Shown: piece by piece, positions 7,970 to 17,615 of the stretch
Layout of the letters: the number at the start of each line of letters is the position of its first letter
Position numbering within the stretch: the first letter of the stretch is position 1
Source of the DNA: an uncultured bacterium
GTDB taxonomy: Bacteria > Patescibacteriota > Minisyncoccia > Phycocordibacterales > DATDWN01
Length of the DNA stretch: 64,000 nt
Reading direction: 5' to 3'
NCBI GenBank assembly: GCA_903861205.1
Contig: CAIOTC010000003.1
Coordinates: 7,964-71,963, forward strand
Made by a program: the position numbers and the translations under genes
Notes under the pieces: model-generated
What the model was told of the DNA's origin: nothing
Database searches by the model: none
What the model saw: only the letters and a program-made list of their open reading frames with translations

Positions 7970-8551
7970 ATGGAACCAGAAATACAAAAAGAAATAACAA
8001 CAGAAGCTCCGAAAGTGGACGCCAGTCGTCCTATGGATTTTCGTGGTGGGGAAAGAGGGGGATTTAGAAAAAATACTCGCAAGGGTCCACCTCGTCGCGA
8101 AGCTCGAGTCAAGCCGGAATTCGACCAGAAAATCATTAGCATTCGCCGAGTGACTCGCGTGGTTACCGGAGGACGACGATTCAGCTTTTCCGTCGGTATT
8201 GTTATCGGTGACAGAAAGGGACGCGTTGGTGTCGGCCAAGGCAAAGCGGGGGATACTCCTATCGCCATCGACAAAGCTGTGCGAAACGCCAGAAAAAATA
8301 TGATTACGGTCAAAATGACCAAGAACGGTTCCATTCCGCATGACGTGGAGGCAAAATACTCGGCATCGAGAGTGCATATCATGCGCGCTCCTGGCAAGGG
8401 AATTTTGGCCGGCTCAAGCGTTCGAACAGTTTTGGAATTTGCAGGACTGAAAGAAGTTAGCGCCAAAATATTTTCACGAAGCAAAAATAAAGTGAACAAC
8501 GCACAAGTGGCGATCAAGGCGCTGGGGATGCTGAAAACAGGAAACAAATAA
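7970..8551 (+). CDS. rpsE: 30S ribosomal protein S5
   Basis: RRVTRVVTGGRRFSFSVGIVIGDRKGRVGVGQGKA S5 signature. Confidence 0.95.
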   Translation: MEPEIQKEITTEAPKVDASRPMDFRGGERGGFRKNTRKGPPRREARVKPEFDQKIISIRRVTRVVTGGRRFSFSVGIVIGDRKGRVGVGQGKAGDTPIAIDKAVRNARKNMITVKMTKNGSIPHDVEAKYSASRVHIMRAPGKGILAGSSVRTVLEFAGLKEVSAKIFSRSKNKVNNAQVAIKALGMLKTGNK

Positions 8552-8659
8552 TTTAAAATTTATAATTTAGAATTTAAAATGAATTTAAAATTTCAAAATT
8601 GAATCAATGAAAATTCATTAAAAATTAAAAATTTTAAATTAAAAATTTCTTAAACTATC

Positions 8660-9094
8660 ATGCAACTGAACAATTTAAAAAGATTACATAAGAACAAAAA
8701 GACTCGGCAAATCGGCCGGGCTGGTCAGCGTGGAAAAACATCTGGACGCGGTACGAAAGGTCAGAACGCTCGCGCCGGACACAAAAAGCGACCGGAAATT
8801 CGCGATTTTATAAAGCGTTTGCCAAAAATGCGCGGACGAGGCAAAAATCTGAACACGAGTATAGAGACAAAACCGACGGTCATAAACTTGCGAGATCTTT
8901 CCGTTTTCAAAGCGGGCGAGGTTGTTTCTCCGGAGACGCTTGCTACAAAAAAAATAATTACAAAACTGGATGCCAGCCGTGGCGTCAAAATCCTTTCTGT
9001 CGGAGCAGTGACCGCCAAACTGACTATTTCAAAATGCTCTCTTTCGGCAGGAGCCAGAAAAGCGGTAGTGGATGCGGGAGGGGAAGTGAAGTAA
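8660..9094 (+). CDS. rplO: 50S ribosomal protein L15 (no L30 gene precedes it)
   Basis: MQLNNLKRLHKNKKTRQIGRAGQRGKTSGRGTKGQ. Confidence 0.9.
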   Translation: MQLNNLKRLHKNKKTRQIGRAGQRGKTSGRGTKGQNARAGHKKRPEIRDFIKRLPKMRGRGKNLNTSIETKPTVINLRDLSVFKAGEVVSPETLATKKIITKLDASRGVKILSVGAVTAKLTISKCSLSAGARKAVVDAGGEVK

Positions 9095-9205
9095 AAACAA
9101 TTTAAAATTTATAATTTAAAATTTTTAATGAATGTCTAAATTTAAAAATTGAATCAATGAAAATTCATTAAAAATTAAAAATTCTAAATTAAAAATTATA
9201 TTGTC

Positions 9206-10477
9206 ATGTCCAATTTTCTTAACAAACTATCTCTCATCTTCCAGGACAAAATTCTACGCAAAAGAATATTTTTCACTCTTTCTGCTTTGATTGTTTTTCG
9301 CGCGCTTGCTGCTATTCCGATTCCGGGTATTGACCACACTAAACTGGCATCATTTTTCTCCGGCAATGAATTCTTTGGATTACTGAACGTCTTTTCCGGA
9401 GGCGGACTTTCGCAATTCTCCATCATCATGCTCGGCGTGGCGCCTTACATTACCGGTTCGATTATCATGCAGCTCTTGACCATCATGTCGCCGAAGCTCA
9501 AGGCGATGTACCAGGAGGAAGGCGAAGCGGGCCGACGAAAATTTGCTCAGTGGGGACGACTTTTGACCGTTCCGCTGGCGCTTATCCAAGGTTTCAGCTT
9601 CATCAAAATTTTGCAAAGCCAAGGAGCTCTTTTGCCTCTTTCCACTTCAGCTTTGATTTCTGATTTGCTTATCATTACCGCCGGCTCGGTTCTGCTCATG
9701 TGGATTGGCGAGCTTATTTCCGAATACGGCATCGGCAACGGCGTTTCACTCATCATCTTTGCCGGTATCGTCTCCAGAATTCCGACAAGCGTCGGCCAAC
9801 TGCTTTACACGTTTGATCCGGCCCAGATTCCGTTTTACCTGGCGCTTTTGGTTGTCGGCGCGATTGTCATCATTGGTGTGGTTATCATTACCGAAGCCGA
9901 GCGCCCAATACCGGTGACGTACGCCCGCCAAGTTCGCGGCAACAAAGTTTACGGCGGCACATCGACCTATCTGCCGCTCCGCATCAACCAAGCCGGAGTT
10001 ATTCCGATTATTTTTGCTTCGTCCATACTTTTGTTTCCTCAAATGATTGTCCGATTTTTGCAAAACTCCAGCCACGCCATAATTCAATCGATTTCAAAAG
10101 TCGTATTGGCAGTTTTGGCGAACACCTGGTTTTACGGCATCGCTTACTTCCTTTTGGTTTTTGTCTTTACATATTTCTACACAGCCGTCACTTTTGATCC
10201 TGATCAGATTTCGACCAACTTGCAGAAAAACGGCGCCTTCATTCCCGGTGTTCGTCCTGGTAAATCCACTTCCGAACACATTGCCACCATTCTGACGCGA
10301 CTGACGCTTGTTGGCGCGCTCTTTCTCGGTGTTATCGCCGTCTTTCCGATCGTGGTCAAAAACATTACCGGCATCACAGCTATCTCCGTCGGAGGTACGG
10401 CGCTCCTGATTGTTGTCTCTGTCGTCATCGATCTTATTAAAAAGATTGACGCGCAAGTTTCTATTAGGGAGTATTAG
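9206..10477 (+). CDS. secY: Preprotein translocase subunit SecY
   Basis: 423 aa polytopic membrane protein after L15; conserved SecY N-terminus. Confidence 0.95.
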   Translation: MSNFLNKLSLIFQDKILRKRIFFTLSALIVFRALAAIPIPGIDHTKLASFFSGNEFFGLLNVFSGGGLSQFSIIMLGVAPYITGSIIMQLLTIMSPKLKAMYQEEGEAGRRKFAQWGRLLTVPLALIQGFSFIKILQSQGALLPLSTSALISDLLIITAGSVLLMWIGELISEYGIGNGVSLIIFAGIVSRIPTSVGQLLYTFDPAQIPFYLALLVVGAIVIIGVVIITEAERPIPVTYARQVRGNKVYGGTSTYLPLRINQAGVIPIIFASSILLFPQMIVRFLQNSSHAIIQSISKVVLAVLANTWFYGIAYFLLVFVFTYFYTAVTFDPDQISTNLQKNGAFIPGVRPGKSTSEHIATILTRLTLVGALFLGVIAVFPIVVKNITGITAISVGGTALLIVVSVVIDLIKKIDAQVSIREY

Positions 10478-10625
10478 AACAATTTCCAAATAACAATTTC
10501 CAATTTCCAATAAATTTTTCAATATTCCAATGAATCAAATACAATTCTTTGGAATTTTTTGGAAATTGATCCATTGATTAATTCATTGAAAATTGTAAAT
10601 TGGAAATTGAAAATTATTAGTGCTA
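10478..10625. repeat. Family-C palindromic intergenic element (ttccaatttccaatgaat...attcattggaaattgaaaatt)
   Basis: Copies at ~13075-13210, 30720-30835, 31948-32040, 37080-37195. Confidence 0.6.
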
Positions 10626-10635
10626 TTATTTTCTC

Positions 10636-11226
10636 ATGTCTCCACACACATTTATTTTCATGGGTCAGTCAGGAAGCGGGAAAGGTGAGCAAACCAGACT
10701 CATTCAAAAAGTTTTGAAAGAAAAAGATCCGAACGGAGAGATTTATTATTTGGAGACCGGAAATAATTTCAGAAAGTTTGTTTCTGGTGAAAGTTATTCA
10801 AGCAAGCTGTCAAAATCAGTTGCGGAAGAAGGTAAGCTTCAGCCGGCATTTCTAGCCGTGTATTTTTGGTCCGAAAATCTGATAAATAATTTGAAAAACA
10901 ATGAGCACTTGATATTTGATGGAATTTGCAGACGCATTGAGGAAACGCAAGTGTTTACCACAGCAATGGGATTTTACGACAGGAAACCCATTGTTATTTA
11001 CGTAAAAGTTTCCAGAAAATGGGCGACAGATAGGCTCCTTAGTCGCGGAAGAGCAGACGATGTGGATATGAAGCAACTCAATGGGCGTTTGGATTGGTTC
11101 GAGGAATTTACATTGCCAGTTATTGAATATTTCAAAACGAACGACAGATACACTGTGCTGGAAATAAATGGCGAACAGACCATAGAGGAGGTGCATGCCG
11201 AAATAATAAATAAATTAGATTGGTAG
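10636..11226 (+). CDS. adk: Adenylate kinase-like P-loop nucleoside monophosphate kinase (divergent)
   Basis: GQSGSGKGEQ P-loop; secY-adk-map synteny; sequence is diverged. Confidence 0.6.
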   Translation: MSPHTFIFMGQSGSGKGEQTRLIQKVLKEKDPNGEIYYLETGNNFRKFVSGESYSSKLSKSVAEEGKLQPAFLAVYFWSENLINNLKNNEHLIFDGICRRIEETQVFTTAMGFYDRKPIVIYVKVSRKWATDRLLSRGRADDVDMKQLNGRLDWFEEFTLPVIEYFKTNDRYTVLEINGEQTIEEVHAEIINKLDW

Positions 11227-11237
11227 TTTTCTGTCAT

Positions 11238-11300
11238 CCCCGCGAAGGCGGGGATCTAGATTACTCAATAATCATGGATTCCCGCCTTCGCGGGAATGAC
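11238..11300. repeat. GC-rich double-hairpin palindromic repeat (gtcatccccgcgaaggcggggat ... attcccgccttcgcgggaatgac)
   Basis: Two ~23-nt arms, each internally palindromic; related copy at 23550-23620. Confidence 0.45.
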
Positions 11301-11308
11301 AAAATAAA

Positions 11309-12076
11309 ATGATTACAACAAAAACTTCTGAGGAAATCGAAATTTTGAAGGAAGGTGGTCATCGCCACGCTTTTATTTTAGGCGAGTTGGCCAAAAAAGC
11401 GGCGGTGGGAGTTTCGACACAGGAGTTGGAAGATTTGGCGCGTGAGCTGATAAAAGAAGGCGGGGGCACACCGGCTTTTTTGAATTACACTCCGCGTGGA
11501 GCCAAGCGGCCGTATCCGGCGGCGCTTAACGTTTCCATTAACGACGAAATTGTTCACGGTATTCCGAACGAAGATCCGAAAATTTTGCAGGACGGCGATG
11601 TTGTTTCGCTTGATCTGGGGCTTGTTCACCAAGGCATGATTACCGATAGCGCTATCACGGTTGGCGTTGGTGACATTTCCGAGGAAGACAGGAAAATGAT
11701 TTTGCATTGCCAGGAAGCGCTCTCGATTGGCATCAAAGCGGCTAGAGGTGGCGGCAAAGTGGGGGACATTAGCAGTGCCATTGAAGTTTTTGTACGACCT
11801 CTCGGTTACGGTATTCCTGACGGCTTGGCAGGCCACGGTGTCGGCTACAAGGTTCACGAGGAGCCATTTGTGCCTAACGAGGGGGCAAAGGGCAAAGGCG
11901 AGCTATTGCGTCCCGGTATGGTTCTGGCGATTGAGCCAATGATCACGCTTGGTTCCTCACGCATTGTCCTGTCCGGCGACGGTTACACCTACAAAACAGC
12001 CGATGGTTCGCGCGCCGCTCATTTCGAGCATACGATAGTGATCACGGATGGAGAAGCGATAATACTTACAAAATAA
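11309..12076 (+). CDS. map: Type I methionine aminopeptidase
   Basis: 255 aa; conserved metal-binding regions (DLGLVHQGM, HGVGY..HE). Confidence 0.95.
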   Translation: MITTKTSEEIEILKEGGHRHAFILGELAKKAAVGVSTQELEDLARELIKEGGGTPAFLNYTPRGAKRPYPAALNVSINDEIVHGIPNEDPKILQDGDVVSLDLGLVHQGMITDSAITVGVGDISEEDRKMILHCQEALSIGIKAARGGGKVGDISSAIEVFVRPLGYGIPDGLAGHGVGYKVHEEPFVPNEGAKGKGELLRPGMVLAIEPMITLGSSRIVLSGDGYTYKTADGSRAAHFEHTIVITDGEAIILTK

Positions 12077-12176
12077 TTTTCAATTTTTAATTTAGAATTT
12101 TTAATGAATATCTAAATTTTAAAATTTAATAATTGAAAATTCATTAAAAATTAAAAATTTTAAATTAAAAATTTAT

Positions 12177-12779
12177 ATGCATCCAAAATTTGAACGTACA
12201 CTTGTTATTATAAAACCCGATGGAGTACAGAGAAGTTTGATCGGCGAAATCATTGGCAGGTTTGAAAAGCTTGGCTTGAAAATGGTGGCAGCCAAAATGT
12301 GCGTGCCAACAGCAGAACATGTTGAAAAACATTACACTCTTGATCCCGAATGGCGCAGAATTACAGGAGAAAAAAGAGTCAAAGCGGCCAAAGAAAAAGG
12401 AGAAAAACTTGCGACGGAAGACCCTTTTGAAATTACAGCAAAAATTTTGGAAGTTTTGATAAAATACATGACATCAGGGCCAGTGGTAGCAATGGTTTGG
12501 CAGGGCGCGCACGCCACTGAATTGGTCAGAAAAATTGTCGGAGGCACGGAACCGCGAAGTTCTGATGTTGGCACAATTCGCGGAGATTATGTTCTTGATT
12601 CGTATGTAATGGCAGACACGGACAGCAGAGCTATCAGAAATCTAGTCCATGCTTCCGGCACAGCCAAAGAATCCGAGGCGGAAATAAAACACTGGTTTAA
12701 AGATGACGAAGTTCTCGACTACAAACTTGTTCAGGAATCTATTCTCTACGATGTAAACCTTGACGGCATATTTGAATAA
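12177..12779 (+). CDS. ndk: Nucleoside diphosphate kinase (with a C-terminal extension)
   Basis: ERTLVIIKPDGVQRSLIGEIIGRFE; 200 aa versus the usual ~140. Confidence 0.9.
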   Translation: MHPKFERTLVIIKPDGVQRSLIGEIIGRFEKLGLKMVAAKMCVPTAEHVEKHYTLDPEWRRITGEKRVKAAKEKGEKLATEDPFEITAKILEVLIKYMTSGPVVAMVWQGAHATELVRKIVGGTEPRSSDVGTIRGDYVLDSYVMADTDSRAIRNLVHASGTAKESEAEIKHWFKDDEVLDYKLVQESILYDVNLDGIFE

Positions 12780-12787
12780 TTAGTAAA

Positions 12788-12867
12788 GGAAGCAGCAGCA
12801 TAATAATTTTCCTCGGCTCCGCAGGAGATGGAGGTCGGTCGAGGAAAATTATTATGCTGCTGCTTCC
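12788..12867 (+). terminator. Long perfect hairpin after ndk (28-bp stem)
   Basis: ggaagcagcagcataataattttcctcg and its exact reverse complement, separated by 24 nt. Confidence 0.4.
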
Positions 12868-13227
12868 TTCCTTGCATCTTCATTTCGGCGGAAGTATAAT
12901 CGAGGTAGGGTTACATGATTTTTCTTTCTAAACATTTTTAAGGGAGTCTCATATTTGTGTATTATGGCGAGCGCTTGTCGTTCCGATTGATACATTTGCG
13001 GACACCCACCTAGTATTTTTCTAGGGGAAACTCATGTAGCTCTACTAAAAAACTCCGCTTTGGCGGAATTTTTTAAATTTCCAATTTCCAATTATCAATT
13101 TCCAATGAATGATTCAATTAACCAATTTCCAAAAAATAAAATAGTCCTGTTTGATTTATTGTGGCATTGAAAAATTTATTGGAAATTGGAAATTGATAAT
13201 TGGAAATTGTTGGGGTATTATTACCCA

Positions 13228-13629
13228 ATGATGTCCCAGAGACTTTTCAAACGAGCTTTTTTGGTACTGCTAGTAACGGCTGTTTTGAATTGGTTTGTAA
13301 GCATGATGTATTTACACTGGACCATTTGGTGGATTGATATTATTTTGCATTTTTTGGGTGGTCTTTCTGTGGCATTATTCTTTTTGTGGTTTTGCGCGAC
13401 AAAGTTTGATTTGAAAAATTGGAGTTCGCGTAAAATTTTGTTTGCAGTTTTGGGTTGTGTGATTTTGGTCGGTGTCTTGTGGGAATTGTATGAATTATAT
13501 TTTGGTCTGACATTTCTCTCCGACGGTTTGAGCTATTTTGCCGACACATTTTCGGATTTGATAATGGATGTTGTAGGCGGGTTGACTGGATTTCTTTACA
13601 TTCAACTTCTTTTGAAAAATAATGAGTAA
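13228..13629 (+). CDS. Hypothetical polytopic membrane protein
   Basis: ~4 predicted TM helices; internal ATG of ORF 13186..13629. Confidence 0.45.
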   Translation: MMSQRLFKRAFLVLLVTAVLNWFVSMMYLHWTIWWIDIILHFLGGLSVALFFLWFCATKFDLKNWSSRKILFAVLGCVILVGVLWELYELYFGLTFLSDGLSYFADTFSDLIMDVVGGLTGFLYIQLLLKNNE

Positions 13630-15031
13630 TTTACAAATCACATTTTTCGGCGGAGTGGGAAGCGTCACTGGCGCTAATTTTATTTTGCAAAATAATTCCA
13701 CAAAAATAGCCGTTGATTGCGGATTATTGCAAGGGACAGCTGATGCCGATGCGGAAAATGCTAAAACTTTTCCGTACGATCCGTCCACTCTCGATTTTCT
13801 TTTCATCACCCACGCTCACATGGACCACATTGGCAAAGTGGCCAAGCTGGTCAAAGACGGTTTCAAAGGTCTCGTTTATTCCACGCCGGAAACGAAAGAA
13901 CTTTCCCAGCTCATGCTCTCGGATGCTTTGCAGGTTATGCAAATAAGGGAGCAAAGCGAACACTTATGCGTGAGTAATCTCACGCCAAATGGTTCGACTT
14001 TTTTGTACGACCAGTTTGATTTGTCGAAAACTTTTTCGCTTTGGCAGACCATTCCATATCATGCCGAGAAAAAACTGACGGATGAAATTTCCGTTTTTGT
14101 GATGGATGCCGGACACATTCTAGGCTCGGCCATGTATAAATTTACGTGCAACAATAAAAAAATTGTTTTCACCGGAGATTCTGGCAACTCGCCGGCGCCG
14201 CTTCTGCGAGATACCGACAAAATCACCGACGCTGATTATTTGATTATGGACAGCGTTTACGGCGACAGAAATCACGAACCAAAGGATGAGCGCGACGAAA
14301 AGTTTCGTCGGATTGTCACCGAAACAATTTCAGCCGGCGGAACCCTTCTTATTCCGGCTTTTTCTCTGGAGAGAACGCAGGTCATTTTGTACGAGCTAAA
14401 TAATTTGATTGAGGATAAAAAAATCCCGTCGGTGCCGGTTTTTCTGGACGCTCCGCTTGGTGAAAAAGTGACCGAAGTTTACAAAAAATATACAAAAGAT
14501 TTCAACGCGGAAGTCCAAAGTGAAATAAAATCCGGCGATGACATTTTCAATTTTCCAAAACTGAACATAACCCACGGACACACTGATTCAATGAAAATCG
14601 CGCATACACCAAATCCGAAAATAATTATCGCCGGTTCGGGCATGTCCTCCGGCGGGCGAGTGTTGGGGCACGAAATAAATGTTTTGCCTGATCCGAAATC
14701 AACGCTCCTGCTCATGGGCTACCAGGCTCTCGGCACACTTGGGCGAACTTTACAGAACAAACCAAAATCGGCAGAAATTCCCGTAGGCCGAAACAGCGAA
14801 ACACAAACAGTCAGAGTGAACGCCAGAATCGAAATGATATCCGGCTATTCGTCGCACAAAGATTTGGATCATTTGGTGGAAATGGTAGGAGACACGACCG
14901 AAACTGTAAAAAAAGTTTTCGTCGTCATGGGCGAACCATCCGCCTCGACATTCCTCGTCCAGCGTCTGCGCGAATTTCTGGACGTCGACGCGGTCTACCC
15001 TGAAAGAGGAAAGGTGTATGAATTAAACTAA
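13622..15031 (+). CDS. MBL-fold beta-CASP RNA-metabolising hydrolase (RNase J/CPSF-like)
   Basis: HAHMDHIG metallo-beta-lactamase motif; 469 aa; beta-CASP-length C-terminal region. Confidence 0.7.
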   Translation: MSNLQITFFGGVGSVTGANFILQNNSTKIAVDCGLLQGTADADAENAKTFPYDPSTLDFLFITHAHMDHIGKVAKLVKDGFKGLVYSTPETKELSQLMLSDALQVMQIREQSEHLCVSNLTPNGSTFLYDQFDLSKTFSLWQTIPYHAEKKLTDEISVFVMDAGHILGSAMYKFTCNNKKIVFTGDSGNSPAPLLRDTDKITDADYLIMDSVYGDRNHEPKDERDEKFRRIVTETISAGGTLLIPAFSLERTQVILYELNNLIEDKKIPSVPVFLDAPLGEKVTEVYKKYTKDFNAEVQSEIKSGDDIFNFPKLNITHGHTDSMKIAHTPNPKIIIAGSGMSSGGRVLGHEINVLPDPKSTLLLMGYQALGTLGRTLQNKPKSAEIPVGRNSETQTVRVNARIEMISGYSSHKDLDHLVEMVGDTTETVKKVFVVMGEPSASTFLVQRLREFLDVDAVYPERGKVYELN

Positions 15032-15057
15032 AAACCACCTCGCGGTGGTCTTTTATT

Positions 15058-15477
15058 TTATGCAGTTGCTGTTTCCAGTTTTGGAGCGGATTTGGCCGGC
15101 TTAGTTGCTTTGATTTCCGGAGCGGTGGAGAATTCAACCACTTTTTTGAAAGTTTCGGGCGATTCCTTGACCAGGGTGGCCAGGATTTTTCGGTCAATCA
15201 GAACATTTTTCTTTTTCATTGCGCCCATCAGTTTGCTGTACGAAAGCTTTTTATCACCTTGCATTTCCTTGACAGCATATGAGATGTTGACGTTCCACAT
15301 TCGTCTGGCCACGCCTTTTTTGTCGCGTCGGTGAGCAAAAGCGTACGCGCCGGCGTGCTCAATGGCTTCGATGGCTTGTCGTTCTTTGGTTGATCGGCCA
15401 AAGCGAAAACCCTTCACTCGTCGCAGGACGTTTCGTCTGGTCTTTAATGCGTTTACTCCTTTTTTTACTCTTGTCAT
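15058..15477 (-). CDS. rplT: 50S ribosomal protein L20
   Basis: MTRVKKGVNALKTRRNVLRRVKGFRFGR... Confidence 0.9.
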   Translation of the reverse strand: MTRVKKGVNALKTRRNVLRRVKGFRFGRSTKERQAIEAIEHAGAYAFAHRRDKKGVARRMWNVNISYAVKEMQGDKKLSYSKLMGAMKKKNVLIDRKILATLVKESPETFKKVVEFSTAPEIKATKPAKSAPKLETATA

Positions 15478-15485
15478 AAAATTAA

Positions 15486-15597
15486 TATACGAATATGCGA
15501 ATAAATACCAATCTACGAATGGCTACGAATGGGAACGTGATGTTTTGAATTATTCGCATTCATTCGCATCATTCGTCCATTCGCATATTCGTATGTT
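15486..15597. repeat. MITE-like 112-bp element with 16-bp terminal inverted repeats (atacgaatatgcgaat...attcgcatattcgtat), copy 1
   Basis: 100% identical to copy 2 at 15793-15904; tacgaat-family motifs. Confidence 0.6.
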
Positions 15598-15785
15598 TAA
15601 CTTTTAATATAAAACGCTCTATCCTTATTGCTAATCGGCCACTCGGCGCTGCGATTTTTGGCCATCTGATTTCTAGAACTTTCTTTCGTATTGAAATGAT
15701 TTTGACCGGTTCTGCGGGCAATGATTTTGCCGTTCTTGGTCACTTTCAATCGTTTGGTAAATGATTTGTTTGTTTTTGTTGACAT
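15597..15785 (-). CDS. rpmI: 50S ribosomal protein L35
   Basis: 62 aa lysine/arginine-rich, L35-like; infC-rpmI-rplT order. Confidence 0.9.
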   Translation of the reverse strand: MSTKTNKSFTKRLKVTKNGKIIARRTGQNHFNTKESSRNQMAKNRSAEWPISNKDRAFYIKS

Positions 15786-15792
15786 GATGATA

Positions 15793-15904
15793 CGAATATG
15801 CGAATAAATACCAATCTACGAATGGCTACGAATGGGAACGTGATGTTTTGAATTATTCGCATTCATTCGCATCATTCGTCCATTCGCATATTCGTATGTT
15901 TAAC
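15793..15904. repeat. MITE-like 112-bp element, copy 2
   Basis: Identical to 15486-15597; lies between infC and rpmI. Confidence 0.6.
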
Positions 15905-16412
15905 TTGCTTTTTCAATTATTATACTTAATCCCTTTGGGCTTTTGACAGCCGGTCCGGTCACTTTGTACTCCTCGGTAATAAGTTTCAAAACTCTCTCCA
16001 TTCTTTCCTTGAGAAAGTTTATGTCCATATATTTTGTCCTGCCGGGAAGAAATAAGTCTACTTTGATGCGATGACCTTCCTTGAGCCACTCGGACGCTTT
16101 CTTGGCCTTGAGAGCCAAATCGTTGTCTCCCGTGCCGACCTTGACCTGGATATTCTTTATCTCTACCGTGTGAACCTTTGTTTTGGCCACCTTTTGCTTC
16201 TTGTTTTCAGCATACTGAAATTTACCATAATCCATGATTTTTGCAACCGGCGGAACGGCTTTGGGCGAAATCTCGATGAGGTCAAGCCCTGCCTCGCGCG
16301 CTTTTTGGATCGCTTCTTTGAGCGGCAAAACGCCGAGATTTTCGCCGTCCTCCATGATGACACGGAGTTCTGACGCCTGGATTTGGTTGTTTATTTTTAT
16401 TCTTTCTATCAA
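15900..16412 (-). CDS. infC: Translation initiation factor IF-3
   Basis: 170 aa, IF3 N- and C-domains (KINNQIQASELRVI..., VKVGTGDNDLALKAKKASEWL). Confidence 0.9.
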   Translation of the reverse strand: MIERIKINNQIQASELRVIMEDGENLGVLPLKEAIQKAREAGLDLIEISPKAVPPVAKIMDYGKFQYAENKKQKVAKTKVHTVEIKNIQVKVGTGDNDLALKAKKASEWLKEGHRIKVDLFLPGRTKYMDINFLKERMERVLKLITEEYKVTGPAVKSPKGLSIIIEKAS

Positions 16413-16506
16413 GTTTTTGATTATTTAATTACCTGGCAAATATAGCACTATTTGATAAGAATTGCAAGATAAAAAAAGGCATGGATTTCTCCACGCCCGT
16501 GCTCTC

Positions 16507-16845
16507 TCAAAGAGTCTCTAGCATACCTTCAGTCCTGTGATTTTTTGGCCTTTCCTCGGGCGCCGGCCCGATGATCTGAAGCCATCCGGCAACGTCCGGG
16601 GTCCCAACCTTGTTTCCGCTTTGAAGTTCCCAGTCGTAATTTACTAAAATTTGGCCGAAAGGTGTGGGCTTAGCAATTTCCATTCTTCCATTTCGGAGGA
16701 TGATAAAACACGATTCCTGTTTATTTTCCGGAAATCCCTCATTGCATGGGTAAGGCGCAACGTGTGTGCAACTTTGTGTTTTTATTTTCGCATCAAGAAC
16801 TTTGTCCCAATTAGGACTTTTTTCTACCTCAATCAGTTGTGGCAT
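16507..16845 (-). CDS. Hypothetical protein
   Basis: 112 aa ORF, no recognisable family. Confidence 0.35.
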   Translation of the reverse strand: MPQLIEVEKSPNWDKVLDAKIKTQSCTHVAPYPCNEGFPENKQESCFIILRNGRMEIAKPTPFGQILVNYDWELQSGNKVGTPDVAGWLQIIGPAPEERPKNHRTEGMLETL

Positions 16846-16966
16846 CAGCGGAACCTCCGATTAAAAGGTTACGCCGATTTGTTGTTTTGTCAACTCGGTA
16901 GTGAATTTTGGCATCGGGCAAAGCCCGTGTCCTGCGGACAAAGCCAAAATCTACTACCGGGTCAAC

Positions 16967-17599
16967 TTAAATTTTCAACGATTTCATCACCGACTCGAAA
17001 ATTTGCTGATTTTTTTCGCGCGAGATTGCTCCGGGAACGATCAAAACCTCAGCCACTTTTTCCGGCAGTCTGGCGCCGGAGAGAGCTTGAATGGAAGCGT
17101 TTGTGACGACTAGCGTCTGGTCGCTCGCGACGGGGAAATAATACGTCGTTTGTCCACAGCCTTCCACGCCTTCGTAAATAGCAAAGCCGGAAAGCGCTCC
17201 GATGGTGTACGGATCGATGAACCCTGGCGAGGCGACAAGCTCGTCGTTTACAAAATTTTCCTGCGGAATGTACGGACTCAAACTTTTGACGGTGCCGGTC
17301 AAATTTTTATTTACGATCTGCACTGTCATTTCAAAATCGGTCAGTCTGTCATACGTTTTATTATCTCCCATCATGTCGCACGCGCCGGTGTTGGCGTAGG
17401 GAATATCGTGATGCAAAGTCACTTTTTCGCTGGTCGTGCTAGCCGTCAAAGTTTTTGAATATGTAAATGAAATCCCCAGACTCGAATTGTTGTATTGTTT
17501 GGTCAGAATTTCTTTTGGTGCTTTGTTCTTATTTTTCAGGAAAAAATACCCTCCGCCAGCGAGCAAAATGATCAAAATAAAAACAAAAACTCTTTTCAT
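16967..17599 (-). CDS. Hypothetical secreted/membrane-anchored protein
   Basis: Internal start MKRVFVFILIILLAGGGYFF (signal/anchor) within ORF 16967..17812. Confidence 0.45.
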   Translation of the reverse strand: MKRVFVFILIILLAGGGYFFLKNKNKAPKEILTKQYNNSSLGISFTYSKTLTASTTSEKVTLHHDIPYANTGACDMMGDNKTYDRLTDFEMTVQIVNKNLTGTVKSLSPYIPQENFVNDELVASPGFIDPYTIGALSGFAIYEGVEGCGQTTYYFPVASDQTLVVTNASIQALSGARLPEKVAEVLIVPGAISREKNQQIFESVMKSLKI

Positions 17600-17615
17600 A
17601 AAAACAGTATAACAT

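Noticed and set aside
16651-17106. ORF 16651-17106 (+, 151 aa) as a gene
   Set aside because: It overlaps the convergent - strand genes 16507-16845 and 16967-17599, has no upstream signals, and is Arg/Leu-rich, which is typical of antisense frames.
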